Of a stretch of DNA of 64,000 bases, positions 27,315 through 40,200 are shown one piece after another; position 1 is the first letter of the stretch; each line of letters begins with the position of its first letter. The stretch is taken from assembly GCF_006345805.1 (NCBI RefSeq), contig NC_043001.1, forward strand, positions 122,574,001-122,638,000, in the 5' to 3' direction. Origin of the DNA: Octopus sinensis (Eukaryota). A program made the translations under genes and the position numbers. The notes under the pieces were generated by a model that was given only the letters and a program-made list of their open reading frames with translations, was not told the DNA's origin and searched no databases.

Positions 27315-30300
27315 ATACATATATATACGACGGGCTTCTTTCAGTTTCCGTCTGCTAAATCCACTCACAAGGCTTTGGTCAGCCCGAGGCTATAGTAGAA
27401 GACATTTGCCCAAGGTGCCACGCAGTGGGAATGAACCCAGAACCATGTGGTTAGTAAGCAAGCTACTTACCACACAGCCACTCCTGCGCCTTTACTTATT
27501 TTCCACGTAGGACACAAAAATATTGACAATGCGTACTATTTTCAGGATGTTGACGACAAAATGTGCAGTCACACTCAAAATGGCAGCTTCTAAATCTTGT
27601 TTCCTGACTGAGTGAAAATGATCAAACTTTAAACCTTTATAACTTTTAAAAACACTTTTCAGGAAAAAGTAAAATAACTTCAGCAATTCAACTTGGAAAA
27701 CTAAATTAATGTACCAAATTTAAAATTTTTGATAAACTTTTTGAAATGCTGGCAGCGAAATAGAAAAGATCCAACCACACAGCCATAGCTGTACCCATAT
27801 TTTATTTCAGTGACTGAAGTACATTTATCATTACAGGTAGCTATCATTGGTCCCTATGAGCACTATTCTAATATGTTGCCATGGATGGAACTGGGTGTGC
27901 CAGTGAGTATCCTTTCTGTATTTAAATTTACATGTTTTTCTTATCTTCTATTTGCTACCTGCAAATCTCTCTCTATATAAACGGCAGTTTGTCTGTGCGT
28001 GTTTCTGTGTGTCTGTTTTCTCGTACCCTCACCCTGACCACGGCTTTCAACCGATTCTGATGAAACTTGACACACACATAGCCCAATGTCATAATTCAAA
28101 ACTAACGCAGCGAAAATTTTGAAAAGTTCCCCCAGTTCTGAAAAAATCGATAATTCGACATGGGGTCGAGAATAAAAAAAAACAAACCACAGACTGTCTA
28201 GGGGACGCAACTCAACCTTTTATTACTCTCAAAAAAAAAATTTACCATCATTTTTTTTCCATTTTTGGCTATAACTCTCTAAAAATGCTTTATAGTTATT
28301 TCCCTTACAAACCTGAGCAACGCCGGGCGATACTGCTAGTGAATCTTTAAATTTACAGATAAATGTTTCACTATTATATCAAGACCTCCTGATGTCTTAA
28401 GAATATAGAATTTCCAAGAATTTTAATATTTTTGTTCCTGTCATTGGTCTGTGGGACACTGCTTTGCAAACTTTGTTAAGCAAACTTACTCCCATACTTT
28501 AATTTAGTTTTAAATTCTGGTACTTGTTCTATTAGTCTCTGTTGTTGAACTGTTGAGTTACAGCAAAATAAATTATCACCAGTTGTCAAGTGTGGGTTGC
28601 CTGCATACATGTACATGTAGACATGCACATACATGCATGCACACAAACACACACATACAGGCTTTCATAGTTTCTGCTTACATGCAAATGATATTGGTTG
28701 GCCTACTATAGTAGAAAAGATTTGCTCAAGGTGCCATGCAGTAGATCTGAACCCAAAATCATGCAATTGCCATGGCTGTGCCTATATATGTTTCTGGATG
28801 TACTTGCCTGAAAATATTTTGGTAATAGTTTCACTTGAATAACTAACATGTCCAGAAAAAGTCTGTTGCTGCTTCTCTGTAGAATATATTTCAGAGTGGC
28901 AATTATATAAATATTCTCATACAAATGTACAAATATTATACATTCAAATATTATACAAATATATAAATATTCTCATACAATGTATACCAGAGTAGCCATC
29001 ATGTTACCCATGATAGCCATCTGCATTGATAACATAGGTGTCAATACAACTAGGCAGCTGTCATCATTACTGTTTAATGTCCATGTTCCATATTGCCATG
29101 GGTTGGACTATTTGACAGGAGTAAGATGACTGCACTAAGCTCCAAAGTCTGTTTTGACATGGTTTCTACAGCTGGTGGACCTTCATAATGCTAACCATTT
29201 CAGTGTTACTGGGTGCATTTTACATGGTACCAACACTGGCGAGTTCACCAAATGATTTGCATGATAAGACCCTCCATCTGAGTGAAAATGTAGTATTGGA
29301 GATGGGTTTTCTGCTTGGTGTCTTGCAGTAGAGCAGATACATAGCTACCTAGCTACCCCAGTTGGGAAAGGAAAGATGGAGATGTCAGTGTACCTTCAAG
29401 TTATATGAAGATGAGTATAAGAGAAATGGTCCTGAAAATTGGACAAAGTGAACAGTTAGGTAAGTTTGAGAGTGTGAATCTTTAAGAATGGTAAATTGAC
29501 CAAAACTGTTGAGTGTTGAACTAAGAAGCTTGAGGTACTTATATCTTTACATTCTGATTTCAGAATGATTTAACCCAAGGTTAAATTCGTTATCTTCCTG
29601 GTATTGATAAAATATCTAATAATCATGTGCTGGAGACCAATTTGTGTCCTTTCCCAAAAACTTGAGGCCTTGTGCTCATGTTGGGAGTCAAAATAATTGC
29701 ATAATTCTGTAAGTATGTGTATCTTAGACAATTTGAGTGTCATGGTTATGTATATTTATTTTGTAGATCTGCCGTGTAAAGGAAACTAATCATGGTCTGA
29801 TCGATATGGATCATTTGGAACAAGAACTAAAGGTTTGAATAATTTTTTATTAAAAGCTGAGTGCCACAAATTTTAGTAAAGTTCTGTTAAGTTAAATAAA
29901 TCAGATAAAATTCTACCTAACATTCTCACATTCCAGTCATGGCACAAGAACAATCAACTCTTTATTACAGGGATAACAGAAAATCTAGCAAAATGTCAAA
30001 AAAATAGCAGCCTTGTAGAAAGTGTCACTATAATATAGATTTTGTTTTGATATAAGGCGGTGAGCTGGCAGAAATGTTAGCACGCCGGGTGAAATGCGTA
30101 GCTGTATTTCGTCTGCCGTTATGTTCTGAGTTCAAATTCCACTGAGGTCGACTTTGCCTTTCATCCTTTCAGGGTCAATAAATTAAGTACCAGTTATGCA
30201 CTGGGGTCGATATAATCAACTTAATCCATTTGTCTGTTCTTGTTTGTCCCTTCTATGTTTAGCCCCTTGTGGGCAATAAAGAAATATATAATATAGTTTT

Positions 30301-33300
30301 TGTTTTGCATTCTTCTCAATACTTAAGAGAAAGATTTTGTTGGAGAAATTACAGCTGAAAGGATTTGTGGTTGTTAAACAGTGAACTATTTATGGTAGAG
30401 AAATATTTTTTCTGATTAGTCAAGCGAACTGAATAATGTGGAGTTGCTTGCCATGCTTAAGAGTGCAAGAGAATGGCTGTTGTAAGATTTTAACATTGGC
30501 TGCATTTAATCCAGTACCTTTATATTTCAACATCAATTAATAAATTACAAAGCCAAATAATTATAGATGTGATGGGTGTGTGTCCTATCACTGGTATGCA
30601 ACTTCGTTTTTGTACTGTGGTGGTAGGGATACTTAAACTAATAATGACACCTCTCTCTGTAAAAGGATTTGATAAAAAGATGTCACCTGTGTAAACAAAA
30701 AGACTATTTTGTATACTTGAAGTAAGTTTCAAGTAATTGATGAAGGCCTCTTGAAGTATTAGCTTAAAGCAGGATAGGCTCTACCAGCACTACACAATCT
30801 ATAAAAAGAAAATGTCCTTAAACTTTTTGATTCCACTCAAGGCTGCCCTTGGTTTGATGGTACAGACTTTATTTTCAAGTGATTTAAATCAAAACTTCTT
30901 ATTAAAATTTCATGTTAATTTATGTTCCAAATATCAGCTTAACAATGATAATTTTACTAAATTCATTACATTAGCAAGCCATGCTACTCCAAACTGAAGA
31001 CGAGCAATGACTCAGAAACTAGTCTCTGGATGTTGGCTTAGCTGGGTGGAGGTGCTTATCTCCCCCTTGTAAACATAAGTACACAGGAAATGTATCAAGG
31101 CTAAATAGCAGAAGTATTATTCCCTTCATGTCAACTGTCACATTAAGTTGACAGCATACAACTACTTTATCGTATCACTACTGCATAAATCTCTCAGAGA
31201 TTTAGAAATGTATTATTTCCATTACTTTTTAAATTAATTGAAGCAAAGGCAATGTATTTCAAAAGAAATTAACAGGATTAATTGGAACATTAACTGTAAC
31301 AAGATTTGTGCTGAGAGCACATGTGTATCAAAATATTTTTCATTATTATAACTAGTAGGTTTTCTTATTTCTTTACTCCCCACAAGGGGCTACACACAGA
31401 GGGGACAAACAAGAACAAACAAACTGATTAAGTTGATTATATCGACCTGCAAATAAGTAACGGGTACTTATTTAATCTGACCCTGAAAGGATGAAAGGCA
31501 AAGTCGACCTCAGCGGAATTTGAACTCAGAACATAGTGCCAAACAAAATACCGATAAGCATTTCGCCCGGTGTGCTAACATTTCTGCTAGCTCGCCGCCT
31601 TTCTATAACTAGTAGGTTTTCTACAGATGTTTATAGAGGGCATTCAATAAAATATCATTTCACATTTGTGTATAATCTTTAGTATGCCTTGCTATTTGTG
31701 GAAATTATTTAAAATTGCTGCATTTATTTCACTGTTCATTATTGATTCCAATTTATCATCATCGTTTAATATCCGTTTTCCATGCTGGCATGGGTTGAAC
31801 AGTTTGACTGAGTTCTGGCAAACCATGAGGCTGCACCAGACTCCTGTCTGATCTGGCAAGGTTTCTACAGCTTGATGCCCTTCCTAATGCCAACTGCTCC
31901 AAGAGTGTAGTGGGTGCTTTTCACGTGCCACCAGCCAGTCAGGTGGCACTAGCATTGACCACATTCAGATGGTGCTTTTTACATGCCACCAGCACAGGAG
32001 CCAATCGGTAAAACAGTGGTGATGAAATTGATGCTAATAAATGTTTGTTCACATCCATTAGTTCATTTATTTTAGTAATTAACTGCTATAATAAAAAAAA
32101 AAAAATTTGATTGAGGTTGTTGCCAGTGCTGTTGGACTGGCTCCTGTGAAGTGGCGCATAAAAAAAACACCATTTGAGCGTGGCCATTGCCAGTACCACC
32201 TGACTGGCCCTTGTGCCGGTGGCACATAAAAGCACCCACTACACTCTCAGAGTGGTTGGTATTAGGAAGAGCATCCAGCTGTAGAAACTCTGACAGATCA
32301 AGATTGGAGCCTGGTGCAGCCATTTGGTTTGCCAATCCTCAATCAAATCATCCAACCCATGCTAGCATGGAAAGTGGACGTTGAATGATGATGATGATGA
32401 TGATTAGTTCAAATATTACGAAGTCAACACTGAAGTTGATTATCTTCTGTTATTACTAAGAGTGATGAGTGATAAGGCTCCTTTGTTTACAATATTCTTC
32501 ATGTTTGCTCCAATAACTAGCACCCCTTATTGGTTACAGTAACGAGGTTCCAGTTGATCTGATCAGCAGAACAGCCAGCTCATGAAACTTGCGTGAAAGT
32601 GGTTGAGCACTCCACAGAAATGCGTATCCTTAATGTAGTTCCCATGGAGATTCAGCATTTAACACAATGGGACACAGCTGGCTCTTTGAATTACAGGTAC
32701 AATTCATTTTTGCCAGGTGAGTGGACTGGAGCAACATGAAATAAAGTGTCTTGCTCAAGAATATAATTCACCTCCAGGAATTGAACTTGTGGCCTTCATC
32801 ATCATTGTTCAACCGTGGTCGAGACAATGGAATTTACTATGTTACGCCAGACTTCACGGTCCATCATAGCATTATGGAGGTCCTGTTGCTGGATGCCTGT
32901 ATCCCTGGAGATTACATCAGGGTAGGAGAGTGTGCGCCCTCTGGTATCACGAACAGATGGCTTCCAGAGGAGAAGAGTAGAAATTACCTCGTTTTCAGCT
33001 CTACAACAATGTCCAGCAAACTGGACTCTTCTACCTTTCACAAGAGATGATACAGGTGGTAAGCCAATTACCTTAACTACTAAGCAACACACCCTCACAC
33101 TCGAATAAAATCTTATTTTAATAACATATTTCTTACTAATGATTTCCATAGTGAAATGGAGACTTTTTATTATTTAAAATTTTTTTTTTTTCTTTACAGA
33201 AATGGAGTAAGAAGTCCTTTGATATTATTGTGGCATTTTCAGCTGCTAGCAATGTAACCGGAATAGTAACTGACACAGAAAACGTTGCCAAACTTGTCCA

Positions 33301-36300
33301 TAAATATGGTGGATTATCATTTTGGGATTATGCTACATCAGGCATGTGTTTTATTTTTGTCTTGTTTTTTATAGATTAATTGATTATTTCAAAACTATTG
33401 GGTATTGAGACCAAATCTATATAAACCAGAAAACCCTGAATATGCAACAGAAAACTCTGAATATCACTTATTTTTCTTTCCATTTTGTGTACAGTAATTT
33501 TAACTTGAAATTTTAGTTTCCGTTGCTGTAGTTCTTTGCCATGTCTGCATTTTGTCTTCTCTTTAAACCTTTCTTATTTCTTTATTGCTCACAAGGGGCT
33601 AAAGATAGAGGGAACAAACAAGGACAAACAAAGGGATTAAGTCGATTACATTGACCCCAGTGCGTAACTGATACTTAATTTATAGACCCTGAAAAGATGA
33701 AAGGTAAATTTGACCTCGGCGGAATTTGTACTCAGAATGTAACGGCAGACAAAATACCTATTACTTTACTTCCCACAAGGGGTTACACATAGAGGGAACA
33801 AACAGATTAAGTCAATTACATCGACCACAGTGCATAACTGGTACTTTATCGACCTCGAAAGGATGAAAGGCAAAGTCGACCTCCACCAAATTTGAACTCA
33901 GAATGTAATAGCAGACGAAATACTGCTAAGCATTTCACCTGGCGTGCTAACGTTTCTGCCAGCTCGTCTTTAATCCTTTCTGATGAGTTGTAGTGCACCT
34001 GATCATTGTATACAATAAGCTCATTATTATTAATCTATTTTTTTGTCATCTTTGGCTCTAAGTATTCAAAAATCTTTATTACAATTATTACAACAGTTTT
34101 GTTTGTTTTGTTTCAAGCTCCATTGGTCTTGCTGGGGCAACCCCTCTCTAGTGCAGGTGCTATGAAAAACTGCACCCAGTACATTGGGAAGTGGTTAGTG
34201 TTAGGAAAGGTATCCAGTCCAAACAATGATATTGGAACACAATGCAGTACTCCAATTTAATGAATCCTTTCAAACCGTCTGACCCAGGTCAGCATTGAAG
34301 ACAGAAACGAAATGGTGATGATGATATCACCTGTTTATCAGGAATTTCATTAAAATAAAATTAATGGTAAAGAGAATTCTTTTTTAATTTAATAAGATCT
34401 GAAGTGTTGTCTTCAGTTTTGATTGTGAAGAAGTTTGAGTTACTTCATCATCATCGTTTAATGTCTGCTTTCCATGCTAGCATGGGTTGGACGATTTGAC
34501 TGAGGTCTGGTGAACCAGATGGCTGCACTAGTCTCCAAGCTGACCTGACAGTTTCTACAGCTGGATGCCCTTCCTATTCTTTTTCTCTGGGATCCAATAA
34601 GCTCAATTTCTTTAGCATGCCAAGCAAAATGCTTAGCAGCATTCTGTCCATCTTTATGTACTAAGTTGAAGTTCCTTTGAGGTAGACTTTGCTTTTCAAA
34701 TTTTCTGGTCAATAAAATGAGTACCAGTCGAGTACTGGGGTCGATGTAATCAACTTCCTACTCCCCTGAAATTATTTGGTCTTGGGCCAAAATTTGAAAC
34801 CAATAAACTCACTTTGTTGTAAAGATTGTTTGCCAGCATAACATGGCAGTCTCTATTTAGAACTAATGTTGCTGTAATTTAGCTCCAGGAGACACCGTCT
34901 CCATCTGGCTATACAACACGATCTGTGTCCTTGTATTTTCCCCACCCCAACTCAGCTCAAAACAATATCTGTGTATTGTGATTTCCAGGTTATTTCTCTT
35001 CATCAGCACAGAATAATTGTTCGGCTAGAGGTGGCGCTGCCAAATTCCCGTTTGAAATATAAAGTTTTCAAATTGACAGCTAGTCACTGATTTATAAATT
35101 AGAAAATTACTATACGATACATCGTGTCATATAGCCAGCTGGAGACGATATCTCCTGGGGTTAAATTACAGCAACATTCGTCCTAAACCAGGACTGCCAT
35201 GTTATGTTGGCAAACAATCTTTACTACAAAGTACAGTTGCTGAATATCTCATGTTGTGAGATTTAAAAATAGTAATTTTCCAAACTAACTTTAGTTCAAA
35301 TGTATCTGCTGTTTCCTTCCAAACACAAATGTACTAATATGGGAATACTCTGTATCATATTTTGTCTTTTGGTTTCTTTTTAAACAGCACCTTATGTGGA
35401 TATTGACATGAATCCCCAAGGCGAAACTGCGTAAGTATTTTATCCAACTCGGTGACCCTTGAATTCTTTTTCTTTATTATTTCAAATGTTTTAGTTGTTG
35501 GTTTGTGGCTATACTGTGTATTGAGACCCACTTCCGTCATGACTGACCATGGGATTGCACCTAGAAAGTTACCCTCCCAGGCACAAGTCTGGGCAAGGTT
35601 GTTTTTATGGAAGACTAATGATTTGTACCTATGGGCAAGTGATGGCCCTCAAGACTTTCTGAATAGCACACTTAATGAAAAATTACCTTGACTTTGCCAG
35701 TCATTTTGGAGTCGACGAAATCAGTACCAGTTATATGCTGAGGGCAATTTAATCAACTACACTCCTGCTACAAAAATGTAGCTTAAATTTTAAGCTCTGG
35801 ATATACATAAAAATATATTCTTTTCATTTATATTTAAGATATAAAGATGCTGTCTATCTGAGCCCACATAAGTTTGTCGGTGGACCTGGAACTCCTGGTA
35901 AGTTGATGTTAATTCAGATAATTTCCTTTTCCAGAAATCCCTTAACAGACTGGCTCAAATATCACTTATAAACTTATTTACAATAATTTGTTGGAGACGT
36001 ATCAGTTCCTCTAAATATTTGAACTAAATTGTTTCTAAGAGAATCATTCTCAAACCATTAATTTCATGTTTAGAGTTGAAGTGGGCAAAAAAATGTAATA
36101 TCTACACTTCTATATTTAAGAGATGAGGAATTATGTACATTATTATTTACATTTGACAGATATTTGTCTTCATCTTGTTTGTTGTTAACACATTTCGGCT
36201 GATATACCCACCAGCCTTCATTAGGTGTTTTGGTGAAATTTTGAACCTGGTTCTCATTCCTAAATTTTTTTTTTTTTTTGATATTATTAATGTCACTGCC

Positions 36301-37214
36301 TGGAATCGAACTCGGTCAGAATCTTGGGGTTAGTAGCTCACGCTCTTAACCACTACACCATATGCCTGTGAACACTAGATTAATAATGGAGGAATTACAA
36401 CCATGTTTCGTGGTCTGCTATCACTACAGCTCCTTTATAGGATCCAGTTAGCTCAAGACATCATCAGGAGGAACCACATCCGGTTTCGGCCCCTACTCCT
36501 CTACCGTTTTGACGTGGCGGCCCCACCCCTTTTGGAGGTGTCTTCAGCTCTGGTGTTGGGTGCATGTCTTCTTTCTTCTGTTCCCTTAACCACTACACCA
36601 TATGCTCGTTAATAATGAGTTATTTTGCTAAATCATTGAATAAACTTAAAACTAATTGAAATGGACAGGTTATTTCAACAAACAGTAACAAAAGAATCAG
36701 GGTTACACACTATCTTCATTTCACTTTGCAACATTCTCATCTTTTCAATTTGTTCATTTAACTTCTCTCCCTCTCTCTCTCTTTCATTTTATCTCTTACT
36801 CTCTTTGCCTCACTCCTAACAGTGTATTTTAATTTGTTAATTTATCCTTAAATTTGCTCAACCAACAAGTCCATTGTAAATTTTGAAAAAAGAATTTCTA
36901 AAAAACAAAACTTTGTTGTCTTTACAGGTCTTCTTATTGCCAAGACCAAGCTTTTCAAGAATCCTGTTCCTGATAGTGTTGGTGGAGGGACAGCATTGTT
37001 TGTAAGTTAGACTTTCTTTTATATTGTCTATAATTGCTTTATAGCCTAACCCTGGTTAGTAATGATTATGAACTTCATGATGGTCCATTTTTATTGACTT
37101 GATATATATATAATCTGACAAATTATGTTGAAAAAGGTACTGAATTGTTAGTTCAAACAGTAGATCAATCCTCCTTTAATGCCCATGGCATATATATATA
37201 TACACACACACACA

Positions 37215-37249
<35 letters not shown>

Positions 37250-40200
37250 ATATATTCCTCTCTGGATGAGGCATGGGTCCATTACAAGATGAGTGAACTG
37301 GGTGAATGTGAAATGAAGTGATTTGCTCAAGAATACATTGCATTGCCTAGCCCAGGAATTGAAACCTCAATCTTGCAATCATGAGTCCAACACCCTAACC
37401 ACTTAGCTATGAGCCTCCATGTCTTTCTGTTATCCTTTAAAATAATTTCTTCACTAAACAGGTTAACTCTTACAGTCGAAGACATTTAGATATTTTGTTG
37501 AAATCAACTTTTATCCTATTCTTTATGTAAATGATTACATCCTACTCAGCCTTCTATTTGAAAGCAGGATCCACACATTTTCAGTTAAGATCCTTATTTT
37601 CTCAAACTTTATACTTACACAAATATTGTTTCTCTTTCTGAAAGGTCACACGAGACACTCACCTATACCTTAAAGATATTGAAAGCCGTGAAGAAGGAGG
37701 AACACCTGGTATCATTGAAACTATTCGTGCTGGACTGATTTTCCAGTTGAAAAGGGTTTTTATACTTCATTAAATCTCTGTCTGCCTGTCTGCCTGACTG
37801 TGTGTGTGTGTCTGTCTGTATCTGTGTGTGTCTGTGTATGTATGCGTGTGTGTGTCTCTGTGAGTGTGTCTGTGTGTGTGTGTGTGTCGGTGTGTGTTGC
37901 ATGTGTACATGTACTGTTTAAGCATTCCAGCCATGACCATTCAATCTTTTATTTTGATGTCATATACCTAATGTTACTTAATGATATCGGATTAAGACAG
38001 TACAGTATGCTTCAAGAGAAATTTTGACTGGTATTTCTAGCAAGGTGAACAACTATGGAAGGGATCTCTTGTTAGCTTATGTTTCTCTCTCTCTCTCTCT
38101 GCACACTGTTCAGTGGTTAGTGTTAGGAAGGGCATCCAGCTGTAGAAACCATACCAAACAGACAACTGGACTCCGGACAGCTTCCCAGCTGGCCAACTCC
38201 TGTCAAACCATCCAACCCATGCCAGCATGGAAAAACGGATATATAAGGGAGAGAAAGAGAGCATCGTCGTTTTAACAGCCACTTTTCTATGCTTGGAAAC
38301 AGGTGAAAGTTGGCAACAAGAAGGGCACCCAGTCATAGAAAATCTACAACATTCCGTGGGATCAGTACGAGCATGGAAAAGTGAATGTTAAACGATGTGA
38401 GGAAGAGGAGGAGTAACTGTGCATAAGTTTGTTATAATTGGGTGTATAATGGTGACAGTTCGGTTTGGCTGCACTTAGATCCTTTTAATTCAGTACATCT
38501 TTGCCCTGTTTTCTTTATTAACTTGATAAAATGATTACCAGACAAAGTACTGGGGCTGGATCTTTTCGGTTTGAACGGTAGTTTTTTCTAGCAGTGTCAT
38601 ATGAAATTGTCACCCATAATTATGACCCTAGTATCAATCTATTGCATTTCAATCTGTTTTAGGGTTAGAGTTAGGGTTGGTTAGGGGTGGGGGAAGGGTA
38701 TCTTTTTTTCTTCAGAAATGTAAATAAACCCAGTCTGTTTCTTAAATGAGGGACATATTCATACGGCACAGAATGTTTTCACCTCAATACACGTCACTGA
38801 TTGGTTGAAATTGCAGAAATTGAAGAAAAAAAAACAACAAATATCTTACAAACTATAGAATTTTCTCAAGAAAGCCAAGAGAAAAAGGTGCTTTATAAAC
38901 ACATTCTACCAGTATACGAAGATTAAAAGTGTTTAGTTACGTGGAAATTATTTTAAAAAACTGCCGGTCAAACCGAAAAGATCCCGGGGCTATATAATTA
39001 TTGGGAAATTCTTGAAAATGATATCCCTGCGTGGCCGCGGTTTTATTATTAAAACCATAAAGGGCAAAAAAAAAAAAAGAAAAATGAAAGGAAAGCATTG
39101 CCTTAATATAGGAAGAGTAGTCTCCCTTGCCTTAGTTGATAAATTCCATTTTCATAAATTTAAAGATGTGATTTTCGTTGTAATTTGTTACAGAGTGTTG
39201 GTACAGACAATATTGGCCTTCGGGATGAAGATTTATGTTCGTGAGTAATTATATACCTTATGATATGTAATAAATTCAGTATTAGATTTAACGGGGACAA
39301 CAAATATTGAGCAAATTTTGGATATTTAATCTTGAATCTTAACACTTTAATTTCAGTTTTCTGTTGAAAAAACACTAAGTTTTAATTAATTTTGAAAATA
39401 ATGAATTTAGTAAAATAACTTTGTCATCATTAAGCTGGTTTTCTAAGGCGGCGAGCTGGCAGACTCATTAGCACGATGGACGAAATGCTTAGCGGTATTT
39501 CGCCCGTCGTTTATGTACTGCGTTTAAATTCCGCCGAGGTCGACTTTGCCTTTCATCCTTTCGGGGTCGATTAAATAAGTACCAGTTACGCACTGGGGTC
39601 TATGTAATCGACTTAATCCGTTTGTCTGTTCTTGTTTGTCCCCTCTGTGTTTAGCCCCTTGTGGGTAGTAAATAAATAAGTATTTCGTCTGCCGTTACGT
39701 TCTGAGTTCAAATTCCGCCGAGGTCAACTTTGCCTTTCATCCTTTCGGGTTCGATTAAATAAGTAGCAGTTGAACACTAGGGACGATGTAATCGATTTGT
39801 CCCCTCCACCAAAATTGCTGCCCTTGTGGCAAAATTTGAAACCATTATTACTCTGGTGTTTGGAACATAAACTAGCTTGAAGGTTTAACCATTTACCATT
39901 CACATGACTGTTAAATCTAATGCTTATCTATTCATATTGCTTTAAATTAATCATATGTTAACTTGTAGCTATCAGATGTTGATGAGGCGGGTGTTAATTT
40001 TTAGAATGACATTGTAAGGTGATGTGAGAGGCCAGATTGAGCATAAGAGGTAAAATATTTGGGACACGTATGGTTGGTTTAAATGCTAAAGGGTTACAGT
40101 AAAGTTTTAATTCATGTCACATGAAATCAGGAACCTCTCATGAGGATTAGTATACAATTATCCAATATATCTTTACCTTTTTAAGACGACAGGTATGGAC

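Noticed and set aside
37192-37252. (TA)(CA)n-CGTG-(TG)n(TA) palindrome
   Set aside because: An expected by-product of adjacent complementary microsatellites.
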